From Sphyrna mokarran (taxonomy: Eukaryota), in contig JAGIQG010000040.1 of the NCBI GenBank assembly GCA_024679065.1, positions 7,502,001-7,566,000 of the forward strand: 64,000 bases of DNA, read 5' to 3'. The position numbers and the translations under genes are program-made. The notes below the pieces were generated by a model. That model was not told the DNA's origin, did no database searches, and saw only the letters and a list, made by a program, of their open reading frames with translations. Shown piece after piece: positions 40,551-54,257 of the stretch (positions are counted from its first letter, which is position 1; every line of letters begins with the position of its first letter).

Positions 40551-41189
40551 AAATGATTTCCTTCCTCCTTCACAGTAGTTGGGTTTACAAGAAAAAAAAT
40601 CTATTTGTAGTTTTTCTTTCTCTCTTTTCTGATTGTTTTACTGATCACTACTGAGAGGATATATACACTTTACATCTAATTGCCCATAATGATACATGTA
40701 TCTTTTCTTTTCCAATTTGCTTTGTGTTTTATCACCAAAGCTACAAGTAAAGCAATAATTTCAATCCATGTTGTAAATTGTTTTATTAATTCCATCTGAA
40801 TTATTGTTCAGATGCCAGTTGATGTCATAACTGAACAGGACAATTCCAGAATGGGACACTTCGTAATTTTTTTATGCTTTAGAAAATGTGGAGAGCGTAA
40901 ACACACGACTGCTAACTAGATTTAGCAAAGAGAGAGACAAAAAAATGAACACGAAAATTGGTACAATACTTTCCTACTCCCCATTTATCTTCAAAACTTA
41001 CACTGATTTTAAATTGAACAAGGTCACAAAATATATTTTAATCGACAATAGTCTATGTAATATAACATCTCTTTACATATAAAGGTTGGCTATGATAAGA
41101 CATACAATACAGTCTGAGCTCCGGTCAATGTCTGTAGATTTCTATTTAAAATCCCAATTTCAGCCACTCACCTTACCCCATCCCGCATG

Positions 41190-41277
<88 letters not shown>
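41190..41277. repeat. Compound microsatellite (CT)n(CA)n
   Basis: Directly visible. Confidence 0.97.
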
Positions 41278-41278
<1 letters not shown>

Positions 41279-42408
41279 CTTTCCTCATATCATGAGCCAT
41301 CTTATCTCACTGGACTCCAGCTTCCACGGAGCTATTTCTGATTTCACTTTCAAAATGACACGCTTTCACATTTTCTTCTAAGCATTCCTTTCTTCCTATT
41401 GTTTATATTTAAAACCACCCCAGGTTTTCTAAATTTTTCTTTCAATTTCAATACAGGTATTCCACCACTTCTCACACGCATCTATGTTTTACATCTTCCC
41501 TAAAGAATTAGTTTGTCAAGGTATTTGAACTATTGTTCACAATTGCGTGAACTATCAATTCGTACATTGCGTTATGATGTCACCCAACTTTTGATATACT
41601 TATAAATTCCACTTTCCTACTTCAAATCTGGCTACTGCACCTAGTCTGTTTAAGTCAGCCTTCTCCTCGGCTCTGCCAGTTTTAAATCGACAGTTATTTC
41701 CTTCTGCTTTTATCTCTGTTCTATTTTTTATGACCACAGATCTCTCGAAACTTTTCTTCAGTCCTTTAGTTTTCTTCATTTGCAGAACTATGGTTATGCA
41801 ATTATTTCCTCACAATTACTCCATTCTATGGTATTTTGCTCATAAAGCTGAGAGAGATGTTCCATCTCTATCTTTTTGAACCAACCCTCCTAGCTTCCTG
41901 TTAAATTAAGCACAAAAATCATTGCGCCCAAAAAGAGCCTCCAGTGGCTAAATACTGATTTCTGCTTCTGCCTTGGGTTCATGTTTCTCACCGAACCCTC
42001 TCTGAGCACAATAAATCATTGTTAGAACGGAAATTTAAAAAACCCATACGTATGACACAGTTGTCCAGTCGAAACACCCTTCGTTACGCAGGAATACTTA
42101 ATTAATCGCACTTAGAATAATGTTGCATTTCTAATGTATTGCAAAACAAACATAAATTGTACGAAGCAAGCTTTGACTTTCGAATAATATGCTTTATCTG
42201 AAAAGACATTGTATTGGGAATATTTATTGAATATGTCAACTTATTCACATGGTACCGGCTGACCAATTCAAATCTGATATTGGGAGAAATTATCCTTCTA
42301 TTAAATTATATTGTTCATTGTTTGCATCTCTACTTACAACTAAAGTGTACATTGAACAGTCTAGCGAACGTGTGGAAAGTCATGTGTACTGTGGAAATTT
42401 GATACTAC

Positions 42409-42575
42409 CTTAATCAAAGTTGCAAATGTGCTGTAAACCATACTGAGAACAAAGAGGAGGGTGAAAACAGCCCCTAATGATGCAGCGTTGGGTTCCTCGT
42501 CGAAATTTTCTAATCCTTCTTCGGTTTTGATTTCGATTTCGTCGTCTTCTGGGTCTTCCTTTATCCCAGACTTAT
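42409..42575 (-). CDS. Ig heavy-chain transmembrane exon TM1: (D)KSGIKEDPEDDEIEIKTEEGLENFDEEPNAASLGAVFTLLFVLSMVYSTFATLIK
   Basis: Acceptor TTTCTAG|, donor AAG|GTAGT, 167 nt, phase 1-0, in frame with the internal donor at 54320. Acidic spacer followed by the antigen-receptor TM pattern F-x-x-L-F-x-L-S-x-x-Y-S-x-x-x-T-L-x-K. Not in the ORF track. Confidence 0.88.
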
Positions 42576-43049
42576 CTAGAAATAATAGGTTGATATTGTT
42601 GTAAATATATCCTTACCACAAAGAGGATTAACAGAAAATCAGTGTAAGGTAGTAACAGGAAACTGGCAACAACAATGGGTTGTGATGTATGAGAGTTTCG
42701 GTATAGTATTGGTGATAGTCGTGCGCCAATGGCGTAGTGTTAATATCAAAAGCCAGGATGTGCTAAGTCTCTGGAGAGACGGGCTTGTCAATAACTTCAA
42801 CAATTAAAAATATATGTGAAACAAAATGCCTAATGGTGACCAGGAAAAAAAATGCTGATTGTGGTTAAAATAGACCTCGTCCAAAAATGCTCGGCACACA
42901 TTTTTTGGACTGGTCTATATGTGAATCCATTTCAAAGCAATGTGATTGACTCTTAAAATGACTCATGGTTTAGCAAGTAGGAATGGGCATTGAAGATTTG
43001 CATGACCAATCATGGCACCGATCTGTAAATGCATGTCCAAAAACCGAAT

Positions 43050-43335
43050 ATGGAACCTATACAGTGCAGCGGGGGCCATTCGGCCTATTAACAACAATCC
43101 CACACAGACCATTTTCCCATGACCTTATATATTCACACCACTAAAGTACAAACTCCAGAAGACAAAGGGACAATTTAGCTTTGCCAATCACCCCAAGCCA
43201 CACATCATTCGGCTGTGGGCAGAAGCCCACGCAGACAATAAATAGGCAAACTCCACACAGACAATGATCAAGCCTGGAATCGAACCAAGGCTCACTTGAC
43301 TTATGAGACAGCAGTGCTAACCACTGTGCCACGGC
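43050..43335 (-). mobile_element. HE1/V-SINE-like SINE
   Basis: GGCACAGTGGTTAGCACTGCTG head on -. Confidence 0.8.
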
Positions 43336-43851
43336 ATTTGAATTTATTTGATATGTTAACAGTCCGATTTATTTTCTGCCATTTCAGAACATTTATTCGT
43401 TCAGAATACACCCACCGGAGAATTTAGTTAATTCATTTAACAGATATATCCATTCATTCACCAGCCCGGGCATGCTTTATGATTCTGGCAAAAGTGCATG
43501 ACTAAAATTAGCAGCTTCCGACAATATTGAATAAAAATCTATTTAAAACAATGAAACTGTGCAACAGTTTCTCAACAGAAGTATGCAGTAAATACAAGAT
43601 TAAATCACTTGCCAAATTGAATAACAAATCAGCAATACTGAGAGTGGTGTAATGTTACAAGAACAGAAAATGCTGGAGAATCGCAGCCGGTCTGACAGCA
43701 TCTCTGGGTGGAGAATAGAGCCAATGATTCGAGTCAGGATAACCCTTCGTCAGAGCTGCAGAGATTTTGCATCATTTATTTTTGTTTTTGTTTCGGATTC
43801 CTACATCGGCAGTATTTTTCTTTTATGTATGTGTAATATCACACTTTGGCT

Positions 43852-45751
43852 TAGAACATAGAACATAGAACATTACAGCACAGAACAGGCCCTTCGGCCT
43901 TCGATGTTGTGCCGACCAAAATAAAAAGCAATGCCCCTCCAAACTAAACCATTCCCTTCTCTTCCATATACTTATCAATTAACCTCTTAAACGCCACCAA
44001 ACTTGGCGCATCTACAACAGCTGCAGGCAGGGCATTCCACTCCCTAATCACTCTTTGAGTAAAGAACCTACCTCTGATATCCGTCCTATAACTCATACCC
44101 CTTAATTTAAAGCTGTGTCCCCTCGTGCTAGCTTTCTCCATCCTAGGAAAAAGGCTATCACTGTCCACCCTATCTAAACCTCTAATCATCTTATATGTTT
44201 CAATAAGGTCTCCTCTTAGCCGCCTTCTTTCTAACGAAAACAACCTCAAATCCCTCAGCCTCTCTTCATAAGACCTGCCCTCCATACCAGGCAACATCCT
44301 GGTAAACCTCCTCTGTACCCTCTCCAATGCCTCCACATCTTTCTTATAATGTGGGGACCAGAACTGCACACAATACTCCCAAGTGCGGCCGCACTAGAGT
44401 TTTGTACAGTTGCAACATGATGCTGCGGCTCCTAAATTCAATCCCCCTGCCAATAAAAGCTAAGACTCCATATGCCTTCTTAACAACTTTGTCCACTTGA
44501 CTGCCTACTTTCAGGGATCTATTGACACATACACCAAGATCCTTCTGTTCTCAACACTATTAAGAGCCCTACCATTAGCCCTATACTCTACACATTTATT
44601 GTTCCTGCCAAAGTGCATTACCTCACACTTTTCCACATTAAACTCCATTTGACACCTCTCGGCCCAGCTCTGCAACTTCTCCAAGTCACTCTGTAAACTA
44701 TAACACCCCTCTTCACTATCTACCACTCCACCGACTTTAGTGTCATCTGCAAATTTACTAATCCATCCCTCAATAACCTCATCCAGATCATTTATAAAAA
44801 TTACAAACAGCAGGGGCCCCAAAACAGACCCCTGAGGTACACCACTTGTCACCGAACTCCACGATGAATATCTCCCATCAACCACCACCCTCTGTCTTCT
44901 ATCTGCCAGCCAATTCCTAATCCCATTAGCTAAATCACCCTCTATTCCACACATCTGCATTTTCTGTAGAAGTCTTCCATGGGCCACCTTATCAAACGCC
45001 TTACTAAAGTCCATATGTACTACATCAACCGCCTTACCCCCATCCACCTCTTTGGTCACTTTCTCAAAAAACTCAATGAGGTTAGTAAGGCATGACCTAC
45101 CTTCACAAAACCATGCTGACTATCCCCAATCAATTCATTTCTCTCTAAATAACTATAAATCCTATCCCTAATAATTCTCTCCAATACCTTGCCCACCACA
45201 GAAGTAAGACTCACTGGCCTATAATTCCCAGGAAGGTCTCTCTTCCCCTTCTTAAACAAGGGGACCACATTCGCCATCCTCCAGTCCTCCGGAACCACAC
45301 CCGTAACCAACGAGGACCTGAAGATCAGAGCCAGAGGCTCTGCAATCTCCTCTCTTGCCTCCCAGAGAATCCTAGGGTAAATCCCGTCCGGCCCAGGGGA
45401 CTTATCCAACTTCAAACCCTCGAGAATTTCTAACACATCCACCCTATCTACTACAATCCTCCCCAATTTGCAACCCTGTACCTCAGTGCTCTCCACAGCT
45501 ACATTTCCAGCACTCTGCGTGAATACCGAAGAGAAATATTTATTCAGTGCCTCACCAATCTCTTCAGGCTCCACGCACAACTTCCCACTGATGTCTATGA
45601 CTGGCCCTAATCTTGCCCTAACCAATCTTCTATTCTTAACATATCGAAAGAAAGCTTTAGGATTCTCCTTAATCCTATCAGCCAACATCTTCTCGTGTCC
45701 CCTTTTAGCTCTCCTCAATTCACTTTTTAGCTCCTTCCTGGCTAATCTATA
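43852..45751 (-). mobile_element. Young 5'-truncated CR1 (1.9 kb, few frameshifts)
   Basis: ORFs at 45056, 44511 and 43944 tile the RT region. Confidence 0.97.
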
Positions 45752-46294
45752 CATTTCAACTTCACATTTCAACTTTGCATTTTCAGTGCAGTTTATCATC
45801 GAGCTTTGGAATCGATTGATATTTGACTTCTTTTTAAAATAAGGCTTGTGTTATAGGACCTTAATTGAATCCTGGGAATCTTATTATACTACATGGACAC
45901 AAAGTTGAGAGACCAATGTTAAATTTTGCTGTTTTTTTTAGTATACTGGGGCTTCTCTAATCTTCTGTTTCATGTTACAGAAGGTGTATATGACTGTTAA
46001 AATTTGTTACATTCCTCGGTTAGATTCTATTTTGTGGAATCTGTTCCAGAATAACTTGCATCAATTTATGGTGCCTCCAATTTTCAGGAATAAAAAGAAT
46101 TTCCTCGTGATTCCGTTTTCTGTGAATACGAAATGGAAGTGAAGTTAAAAATTCACAAGAGCTACTTTGATCTTAAGCATTGCGTATCATAGAGCATAGG
46201 ACCTTTAAACCATAGAGCCACAGCACAGTTTGAGATTTTGACGCCTGCTGTGCCCGTCTTGGTTCTTGTCAAGAAGCAGTTTGCTGGTGCAATT

Positions 46295-46610
46295 CATAGA
46301 TTCATAGAATCCTACAGTGCAGAAGGAGGCCATTAGGCCCATCAAGTTTGCACCGACTGCAATCGCACCAGGACATAGAACAATACAGCACAGAACAGGC
46401 CCTTCGGCCTTCGATGTTGTGCCGACCAAAATAAAAAGCAACCTATCCCTATAACCCCATATATTTAACTCAGCTAGTCCCCCTGACAATAAGTGCCAAT
46501 TTAGCATGGCCAATCCACCTAACACGCACATCTTTGGATTGCGGAAGGAAAAGGGAGCATCCGGGGGAAACCCACGCAGGCATAGGGTGAATGTGCAAAC
46601 TCTGTACAGA
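46295..46610 (-). mobile_element. SINE with nested 70-bp young CR1 tail (46372..46441)
   Basis: SINE tail and core interrupted by CATAGAACAATACAGCACAGAACAGGCCCTTCGGCC. Confidence 0.8.
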
Positions 46611-47199
46611 TTCCCATCACATTTCTCCGTAGCCCTGTACATATATCCCCAAATTCCCAAAGAAATCCTTACACAACATCATTTGCCCCGTTTCCAATAT
46701 ACTTTCAATAAGTGCCATTTCTTCCTCAAAAAACCACTGATGAAAAAAGGTTTGGCGAATGCCGCCATTGGTTCAGCTGTCTTTTGCCATAAAATAGCGT
46801 GTCACAGTTCTAGACAACTAAACGGGCGGGAACGTTTCTGTTCCCAACTGGACTTTTATTATTTGATCACATGTCTTCAGCCATTCTTTTCTCGGGGAAA
46901 TAACCCCAATTTCTCCAATCTGTCCATTCGAACATTTTTTTTTTCATCTGCATCCTTCCCGAGACATTCACAATCGTACTAAATTTCAATAGTCGTAACT
47001 TGATTCAGTATTCTAGTTCATCAAAAAATCGTTTTTTTTTTCATATCATGCTTCAACACTCTATTTCTCTATCAAGTGTAAGTGTAAGTGTAAAGCATTG
47101 TCTCAATATTGCTAGCCCCAACCCCACCCCGCCAACTTCATCGAGCTGGATACATATAGCTCCACTTTCCACTGTGCAATTGTATGAGGGTCAACACGA

Positions 47200-48070
47200 T
47201 TTCTGAAAGGCAAATCATGTTTGACTTATTTGTTGAGAATATTTCGAGATGCAACAAGCCAAAATGGATAACGGTAATTATGCAATTACTTAGATACCCA
47301 GAAGACATTGGGTAAGGTGCCACACAAAATATTAATACGCAAGGTAGGATACCACGTATTTGGACTGAGAATTGCCTGACCAACAGAAAGCAAACAAATG
47401 GGACGCCTGTATTCTTTTCTGGCTGGCGAGCTATAACTCATGGCTTGCCACGGGGTGCAAATCTCGGTCTCTATTTATAATCCATATTAATGACTTGGAA
47501 GCAGGGACCGAATGTTGTACGGCTAAACACGACAGCAAATTAAGTCAGATAGCAAGTTGCAATTGGAAAATAAGACATTTAAAAATTGATAAGGCCAGTG
47601 AGCGGAAACTTGGCAAGTGGAAGTTAACGTGGATAAGGGTAAGTTTGTTAATTTTGATGGGACGTATAATAATCTAATTTATTAAGTAAATGGAGAGGAA
47701 TTTCAAAATGCTTCGGGAGGGAGTGCAGAGGGTGTAGGTGTCCTCGTGCCTGAATTGCAGCAAACTTCATGAGGTAATAGGAAGGCGAATGGATTTTTGG
47801 CATTCATTGCTAGAGAAATAGAATATCAAAGTAGGAAGGGTGCTGTTGCAGCTGAAAAGGACATTTGTGGGACTGTATCTGGAACACTATGCTGCAACAG
47901 TTTCGATCCTCTTACCTGAAGACGAATATAAATGCTTTGAAGTCAGTGATGAGAATGCTCACTAGATTAATTACAGGGTGCGAGGACTTGAATCACGAAG
48001 AGAGATTGAATAGTTCATGCCTATGCTTATTGGAGTTTGGAAATATCAGCAAAGCTTTAACTGCATCATA
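47200..48070 (+). mobile_element. Old CR1 RT fragment
   Basis: 'LFIIHINDLEAGTEC' and further degenerate RT motifs. Confidence 0.75.
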
Positions 48071-48798
48071 GGATCAGTCATAGAACCACTCCAGTACGGA
48101 AGGAAGCCATTCGGTCCATCCAATCTGTAATAGAAAACCTCACCCATGCACGTTCCCTGCCCTATTCCTGTAACTCTGCACATTTACCCGGCTAATTCAG
48201 GTACAGCAAATACTTCCACCTGTTGAGCGTTCTAGAAAGAGAGGCCATCATTTTAGGCTAGCGTGTTGCAGATTAAAGCAGAATGACAGAAAATTATTTA
48301 CTAAAAATGTGATGAATCTGTGGACTTCTCTATCCCAGAGCTCATTATCGCTGAATTTCGAAACGGGATGAAGGTTTACACGGACCTTGCAGTAGGGTAG
48401 AGATGAGGTCTATAATGATCGGATTGAATTCTGTAGCAGGTTTGAAGGACTGAATTGCCTGTCCGATTCCATCAAACTGTAGCAGTTCGAATATGTCCAC
48501 AACAAATCTAAGTTGCTGCCAACCTATGTGTCATTTAAGCTCAACACTGCACTCAAACTTTGTCAATGTTCTGTTTTCTGTTATATATAAAGGGTGAACT
48601 TCCAAGTCATAAGAATATATGAAAATAAACAGAGACTGTGCCGGTCCTTGGTTCATCTAAATTTGACCAAGTCACTGCTTCTTTTTCAAAATTAACAATT
48701 TTAATTAACACATTACATTAATATTAAATGATATACTTGATTATTTAAACTTTAGATTTCTTTGACTGAAAGCGATCTCATTGAGCATTTCATTGTGA

Positions 48799-51143
48799 TT
48801 GCCAACTAGAGGTGAGGCTACATTGGATTTGGTGCTGGGCAATGAGCCAGACCAGGTGTTAGGCTTGGAAGTTAGTGAACATTTTGGTGATAGTGACCAC
48901 AATTCGGTTACGTTCACCTTAGTGATGGACAGGGATAGGCATGAAGCTGGGGGCTGTAGTTATAGCTGGGGAAGGGTAATTATGAGGCCATCAGGAGAGA
49001 ATTAGGGTGCATAGATTGGACTAGGGAACTACAGGGACTGGGAACATCTGGAATGTGGTGCTTATTCAAGGAGCAGCTTCTGCGAGTCCTTGATAAGTAT
49101 GTCCCTGTCAGGCAGGGAGGAAATGGTCGAGTAAGAGAGCCTTGGTGTACGAAAAAAGTTGATTTTCTGGTTAAGAAGAAAAAGGAGGCTTATGTCAGGA
49201 TGAGGCTTGAAGGCTCAGTTAGTGCAATGGATAGCTATAGATTAGCCAGGAAGGAGCTAAAAAGTGAATTGAGGATAGCTAAGAGGGGACACGAGAAGAT
49301 GTTGGCTGATAGGATTAAGGAGAATCCTAAAGCTTTCTTTCGATATGTTAAGAATAGAAGATTGGTTGGGGCAAGATTAGGGCCAGTCATAGACAGCAGT
49401 GGGAAGTTGTGCGTGGAGCCTGAAGAGATTGGTGAGGCACTGAATAAATATTTCTCTTCGGTATTCACGCAGAGTGCTGGAAATGTAGCTATGGAGAACA
49501 CTGAGGTACAGGGTTGCAACTTGGGAAGTATTGTAGTAGATAGGGAGGATGTGCTAGAAATTCTCGAGGGTTTGAAGTTGGATAAGTCCCCTGGGCCGGA
49601 CGGGATTTACCCTAGGATTCTCTGGGAGGCAAGAGAGGAGATTGCAGAGTCTCTGGCTCTGATCTTCAGGTCCTCGTTGGTTACGGGTGTGGTTCCGGAG
49701 GACTGGAGGATAGCGAATGTGGTACCATTGTTCAAGAAGGGGAAGAGAGACCTTCCAGGGAATTATAGGCCAGTGAGTCTTACTTCTGTTGTGGGCAAAG
49801 TATTGGAGAGAATTATTAGGGATAGGATTTATAGTTATTTAAAGAGAAATGAATTGATTGGGGATAGTCAGCATGGTTTCGTGAAGGGTAGGTCATGCCT
49901 TACTAACCTCATTGAGTTTTTTGAGAAAGTGACCAGAGAGGTGATGGGGGTAAGGCGGTTGATGTAGTATATATGGACTTTAGTAAGGCTTTTGATAAGG
50001 TGGCCCATGGAAGACTTCTACAGAAAATGCAGATGTGTGGAATAGAGGGTGATTTATCTAATTGGATTAGGAATTGGCTGGCAGATAGAAGACAGAGGGT
50101 GGTGGTTGATGGGAGATATTCATCGTGGAGTTCGGTGACAAGTGGTGTGCCTCAGGGGTCTGTTTTGGGGCCCCTGCTGTTTTGTAATTTTTATAAATGA
50201 TCTGGATGAGGGTATTGAAGGATGGATTAGTAAATTTGCAGATGACACTAAAGTCGGTGGAGTGGTAGATAGTGAAGAGGGGTGTTATAGTTTGCAGAGA
50301 GACTTGGACAATTTGCAGAGCTGGGCCGAGAGGTGGCAAATGGAGTTTAATGTGGAAAAGTGTGAGGTAATGCACTTTGGCAGGAACAATAAATGTGTAG
50401 AGTATAGGGCTAATGGTAGGGCTCTTAATAGTGTTGAGGAACAGAAGGATCTTTGTGTATGTGTCAATAGATCCCTGAAAGTAGGCAGTCAAGTGGATAA
50501 AGTTGTTAAGAAGGCTTATGGAGTCTTAGCTTTTATTGGTAGGGGGATTGCATTTAGGAGCCGCAGCATCATGTTGCAGCTGTACAAAACTCTAGTGCGG
50601 CCGCACTTGGAGTATTGTGTGCAGTTCTGGTCGCCACATTAAAGAAAGATGTGGAGGCATTGGAGAGGGTACAGAGGAGGTTTACTAGGATGTTGCATGG
50701 TATGGAGGGCAGGTCCTATGAAGAGAGGTTGAAGGATTTGAGGTTGTTTTCGTTAGAAAGGAGGCGGCTAAGGGGGGATCTTATTGAAGCATATAAGATG
50801 ATTAGAGTTTTGGATAGGGTGGACAGTGATAGCCTTTTTCCTAGGATGGAGAAAGCTATCACGAGGGGACACAACTTTAAATTAAGGGGTATGAGTTATA
50901 GGACGGATATCAGAGGTAGGTTCTTTACTCAAAGAGTGATTAGGGAGTGGAATGCCCTGCCTGCAGCTGTTGTAGATGCCCAAGTTTGGTGGCGTTTAAG
51001 AGGTTAATTGATAAGTATATGGAAGAGAAGGGAATGGTTTAGTTTGGAGGGGCATTGCTTTTTATTTTGGTCGGTACAACATCGAAGGCCGAAGGGCCTG
51101 TTCTGTGCTGTATTGTTCTATGTTCTATGTTCTATGTTCTATG
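48799..51143 (+). mobile_element. Young 5'-truncated CR1 (2.3 kb)
   Basis: ORFs at 48799 (LDLVL...SDHN endonuclease end), 49053, 49973, 50142 and 50615; (TTCTATG)n tail. Confidence 0.97.
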
Positions 51144-51671
51144 TAACTTATCAGGTCACCTCACTGAATCAATTTTCAGTACACACCGACAGACAGTCAG
51201 ACCTGGAAGTATACCAGATCCTGTAGACTACCTGTTGATGCCCCAACCCAGACAACATTCAACATGGGCATTTCCCAAATCCCATGCTGCAGGCATTCTC
51301 AAAAGCGCGTTAATAACCTGAATAAATACGCAAACAGATTCCCCTCAACACACTGAGACAATCTCCAACGTGGATAGGAATAACATCCAATAGAACAGCT
51401 GTTCTCCAATTGTAAAAACACAATTCAGCATAGAAATATCGCACATGCCATGAATGGGTGCGCCAGCAGCTGAATGTATAAAATTTTGCTTCACTAACAG
51501 TGTGTTAGTCGTAGTGCTCATCCAAAAGAGATTATATGATGATGTATTCGTTCAGCTGTCTATAGATATTGTTTTACATTATCTGTTTGAAATTTCAGAA
51601 TCTTGATGTATGAATTGCTTGCATTGCAGCTTAGCACTCCCCTCAATACATTGAATACTGTCGAAATATGG

Positions 51672-52127
51672 GTAGGGCAGCGTGGTAGCGCAATGGTTAG
51701 CACTGTTGCTTCATAGTTTTAGGGACCTGGGCTCGATCCGGTCTTGGGCCACTGTCTGTGCAGAGTTTGCACATTCTCCTCGTGCCTGCGTGAGTTTCCT
51801 CAGGGTGCTCCAGTTTTCTTCCACAGTTCAAAGGTGTGCGGGTTAGATTGACTGGCTAAATTACCTCTCACTGACCCGAGATGCATAGCTTAGAGGGATT
51901 AGTTGATAAGTATATGGAAGAAAAGGGAATGGTTTAGTTTGGAGGGTCATTGCTTTTTATATTGGTCGGCGCAACATCGAAGGCCGAAGGGCCTGTTCTG
52001 TGCTGTAATGTTCTATGTTCTATGTTCTATTAGTGGGTAAATATGTAGGGATAGGGCTCCGGTGGGATGGTGGTCGTTGCATACTCGATGGGCCGAATGG
52101 CCTCTTTCTGCACTGTAGGGATTCTAT
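51672..52127 (+). mobile_element. HE1/V-SINE-like SINE with nested young CR1 tail (~51903..52030)
   Basis: Complete SINE head, core and tail; the insert is flanked by ATTAGT on both sides. Confidence 0.85.
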
Positions 52128-52849
52128 GAAACATTAACCGAAATATTTGTTTAGAAACTTGGGCCTTGTCATAAGTGTATGCCTTCAATTTTCATTTCAC
52201 AGAAGTTAACTCCCCTCATTTCAGAAAGTGGGCGTATTTAAATGGTAGCTTTAGACATTTGCCTGAGAGTCCTTTGCTGTTAATTCAGCCTCGAGTGAAG
52301 TGTATGAAAATTCAAACGGGAACCTTAAATAATTACCCATGAGATGAAATTTTACTATTACTACTGGCACTAAAAATTGTATCAACTGAAACATTGTCGA
52401 CTTCACAATTCTAATAATTCAATCCATAAATCCCCCTTCCCTATTGCCCACCATTAGTGGGGAAACAAAAATCACGATGCAGAAGAAGCCCAAATCACAT
52501 CCACGTTAATGTTATGACTAAATCTGAATGAATTTATAATGGTCGACGGAGATGAGGACATGTTGGAATTCGGTTCATGGTGAGTGGTATACAAAATGAA
52601 GTGTTAATACATATATAGACTAATATCATTAAGCAGCACAGTGGTGATGATTGAATGGAGCTTGCTGTGAGTTAGGATACAGACAACAGACTCTTAGATC
52701 ATATTAGTCCTCCAAAAGCTTGAAAATAGGAGGCCACAGTAAGAAGTCTGACAACACCAGGTTTAAGTCCAACCGATTTATTTGATAGTAAACTCGCAAG
52801 CTTTCAGGCTTCGCCAAACAGGCGGCCAGCCAGGAAAAGAGGTGAAAAT

Positions 52850-53340
52850 GTGAGGGACCTGGGTTCAATTATGGTCTCGGAATTTGCGCGTCCTTCATGT
52901 GTCTGCGCGGGTTTCTTTCGGATGAACATAGAACATAGAACATTACAGCACAGAACAGGCCCTTCGGCCTTCGATGTTGCGCCGACCAATATAAAAAGCA
53001 ATGCCCCTCCAAACTAAACCATTCCCTTCTCTTCCATATGCTTATCAACTAATCTCTTAAACGCCACCAAACTTGGCGCATCTACAACTGCCGCAGGCAG
53101 GGCATTCCACTCCCGAACCACCCTTTGGGTAAAGGAAACCAGATGCTCTGGTTTCCTCCCACAGTCCAAAGAGGCATGGGTTAGGTTGATTGGCCAGACT
53201 AAATTATCTCTTCGTGTCAGGGCTGAGGAGCGGGGAATTAACAAAGGAGAGACATGAGTTTAAGGGGTTCGGACCTAGGTGGAATTGTTTTAATTGCAGG
53301 GTCAGTGGCCGAATTATCACGTTCTGCACTGCAGTGATTC
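52850..53340 (+). mobile_element. SINE with nested young CR1 3' fragment on - (52925..53133)
   Basis: SINE core split at GGATG / GATGCTCTGG by the CR1 tail. Confidence 0.8.
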
Positions 53341-53940
53341 GGTGTCTTGATGCATCTAGACTTGCAAGATATTTCCTGCAGCACTTCAGAATGGTGAAGA
53401 ATTAATTTATACTTCAGAACTGGAAAAAGGCAGTCATTGTGACGGATTAGAAGGTCAACTAGGATTCAGCATTTACAAATCCTTTGATACAGTCCAGTGA
53501 GAAAGATGGTGTGGGGGGAGGGGGTGGCTGATCATTGCGCGACTCCAGGGAAATTACTCTGGAATGAGATGGGTTGCATCAGAAGAATATGCTTTGGCCA
53601 CAACTGAGTAAGTAAGAATGGAAGAGACAATCAGTGGTTTTAGAGAACGATTGCAGGCATAAATTATGACCCGACGTTCTATTTCCACCATTGCACATTC
53701 TGTCCACCAGTTAGAAAATTCTTGGATCAAGTGCTAATCGCAGGAGCAGGCAAACATGTTAAGGATTCGACTGATCAGGTTCTCAACGACCCCGGTTGTC
53801 TCAATATGTAGGCATAGAAACGGGTTGCACTGCTGAAATATCAGGCAGTAGGTATCACAGGTTCCAACTGCTAATTCATTACTGTAGATGTTACATGCTA
53901 AGAAACCATGAAGCGGAAGTCAGAAGGTTTTCATTCTGCA

Positions 53941-53946
53941 TTTATT
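53941..53946 (-). terminator. Poly(A) signal of the secretory Ig transcript
   Basis: AATAAA on - about 310 nt after the secretory stop codon. Confidence 0.7.
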
Positions 53947-54257
53947 GCAGTTAGCAGAGCCACATGCAAACTAAATCACAATTGCCTGCGAATTCAAAAA
54001 CGTCACCAAACCCTCCAATCAACTTTGAGTGTGATTACGTATTTCTAAGTGCATTTTTTTGTTGGATTCTAATCGGAACTATTCTGATTTTACAGCCATA
54101 CTTTCAGATACGATGAAGCTACATGATGTGCCGCTCATGTTGGGGTGACAATGATACGTTAAAATGCGATATTCAGTGACGTTGTTGCTTAAATATTTAT
54201 GGTCACAGCAACACTAAGACATCTGTAGGAAAACAAATAACAGGCAAAACAGACATG

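Noticed and set aside
41330-41960. Additional cytoplasmic exons downstream of TM1
   Set aside because: Looks like a very old LINE remnant, with no convincing splice-bounded open frame.
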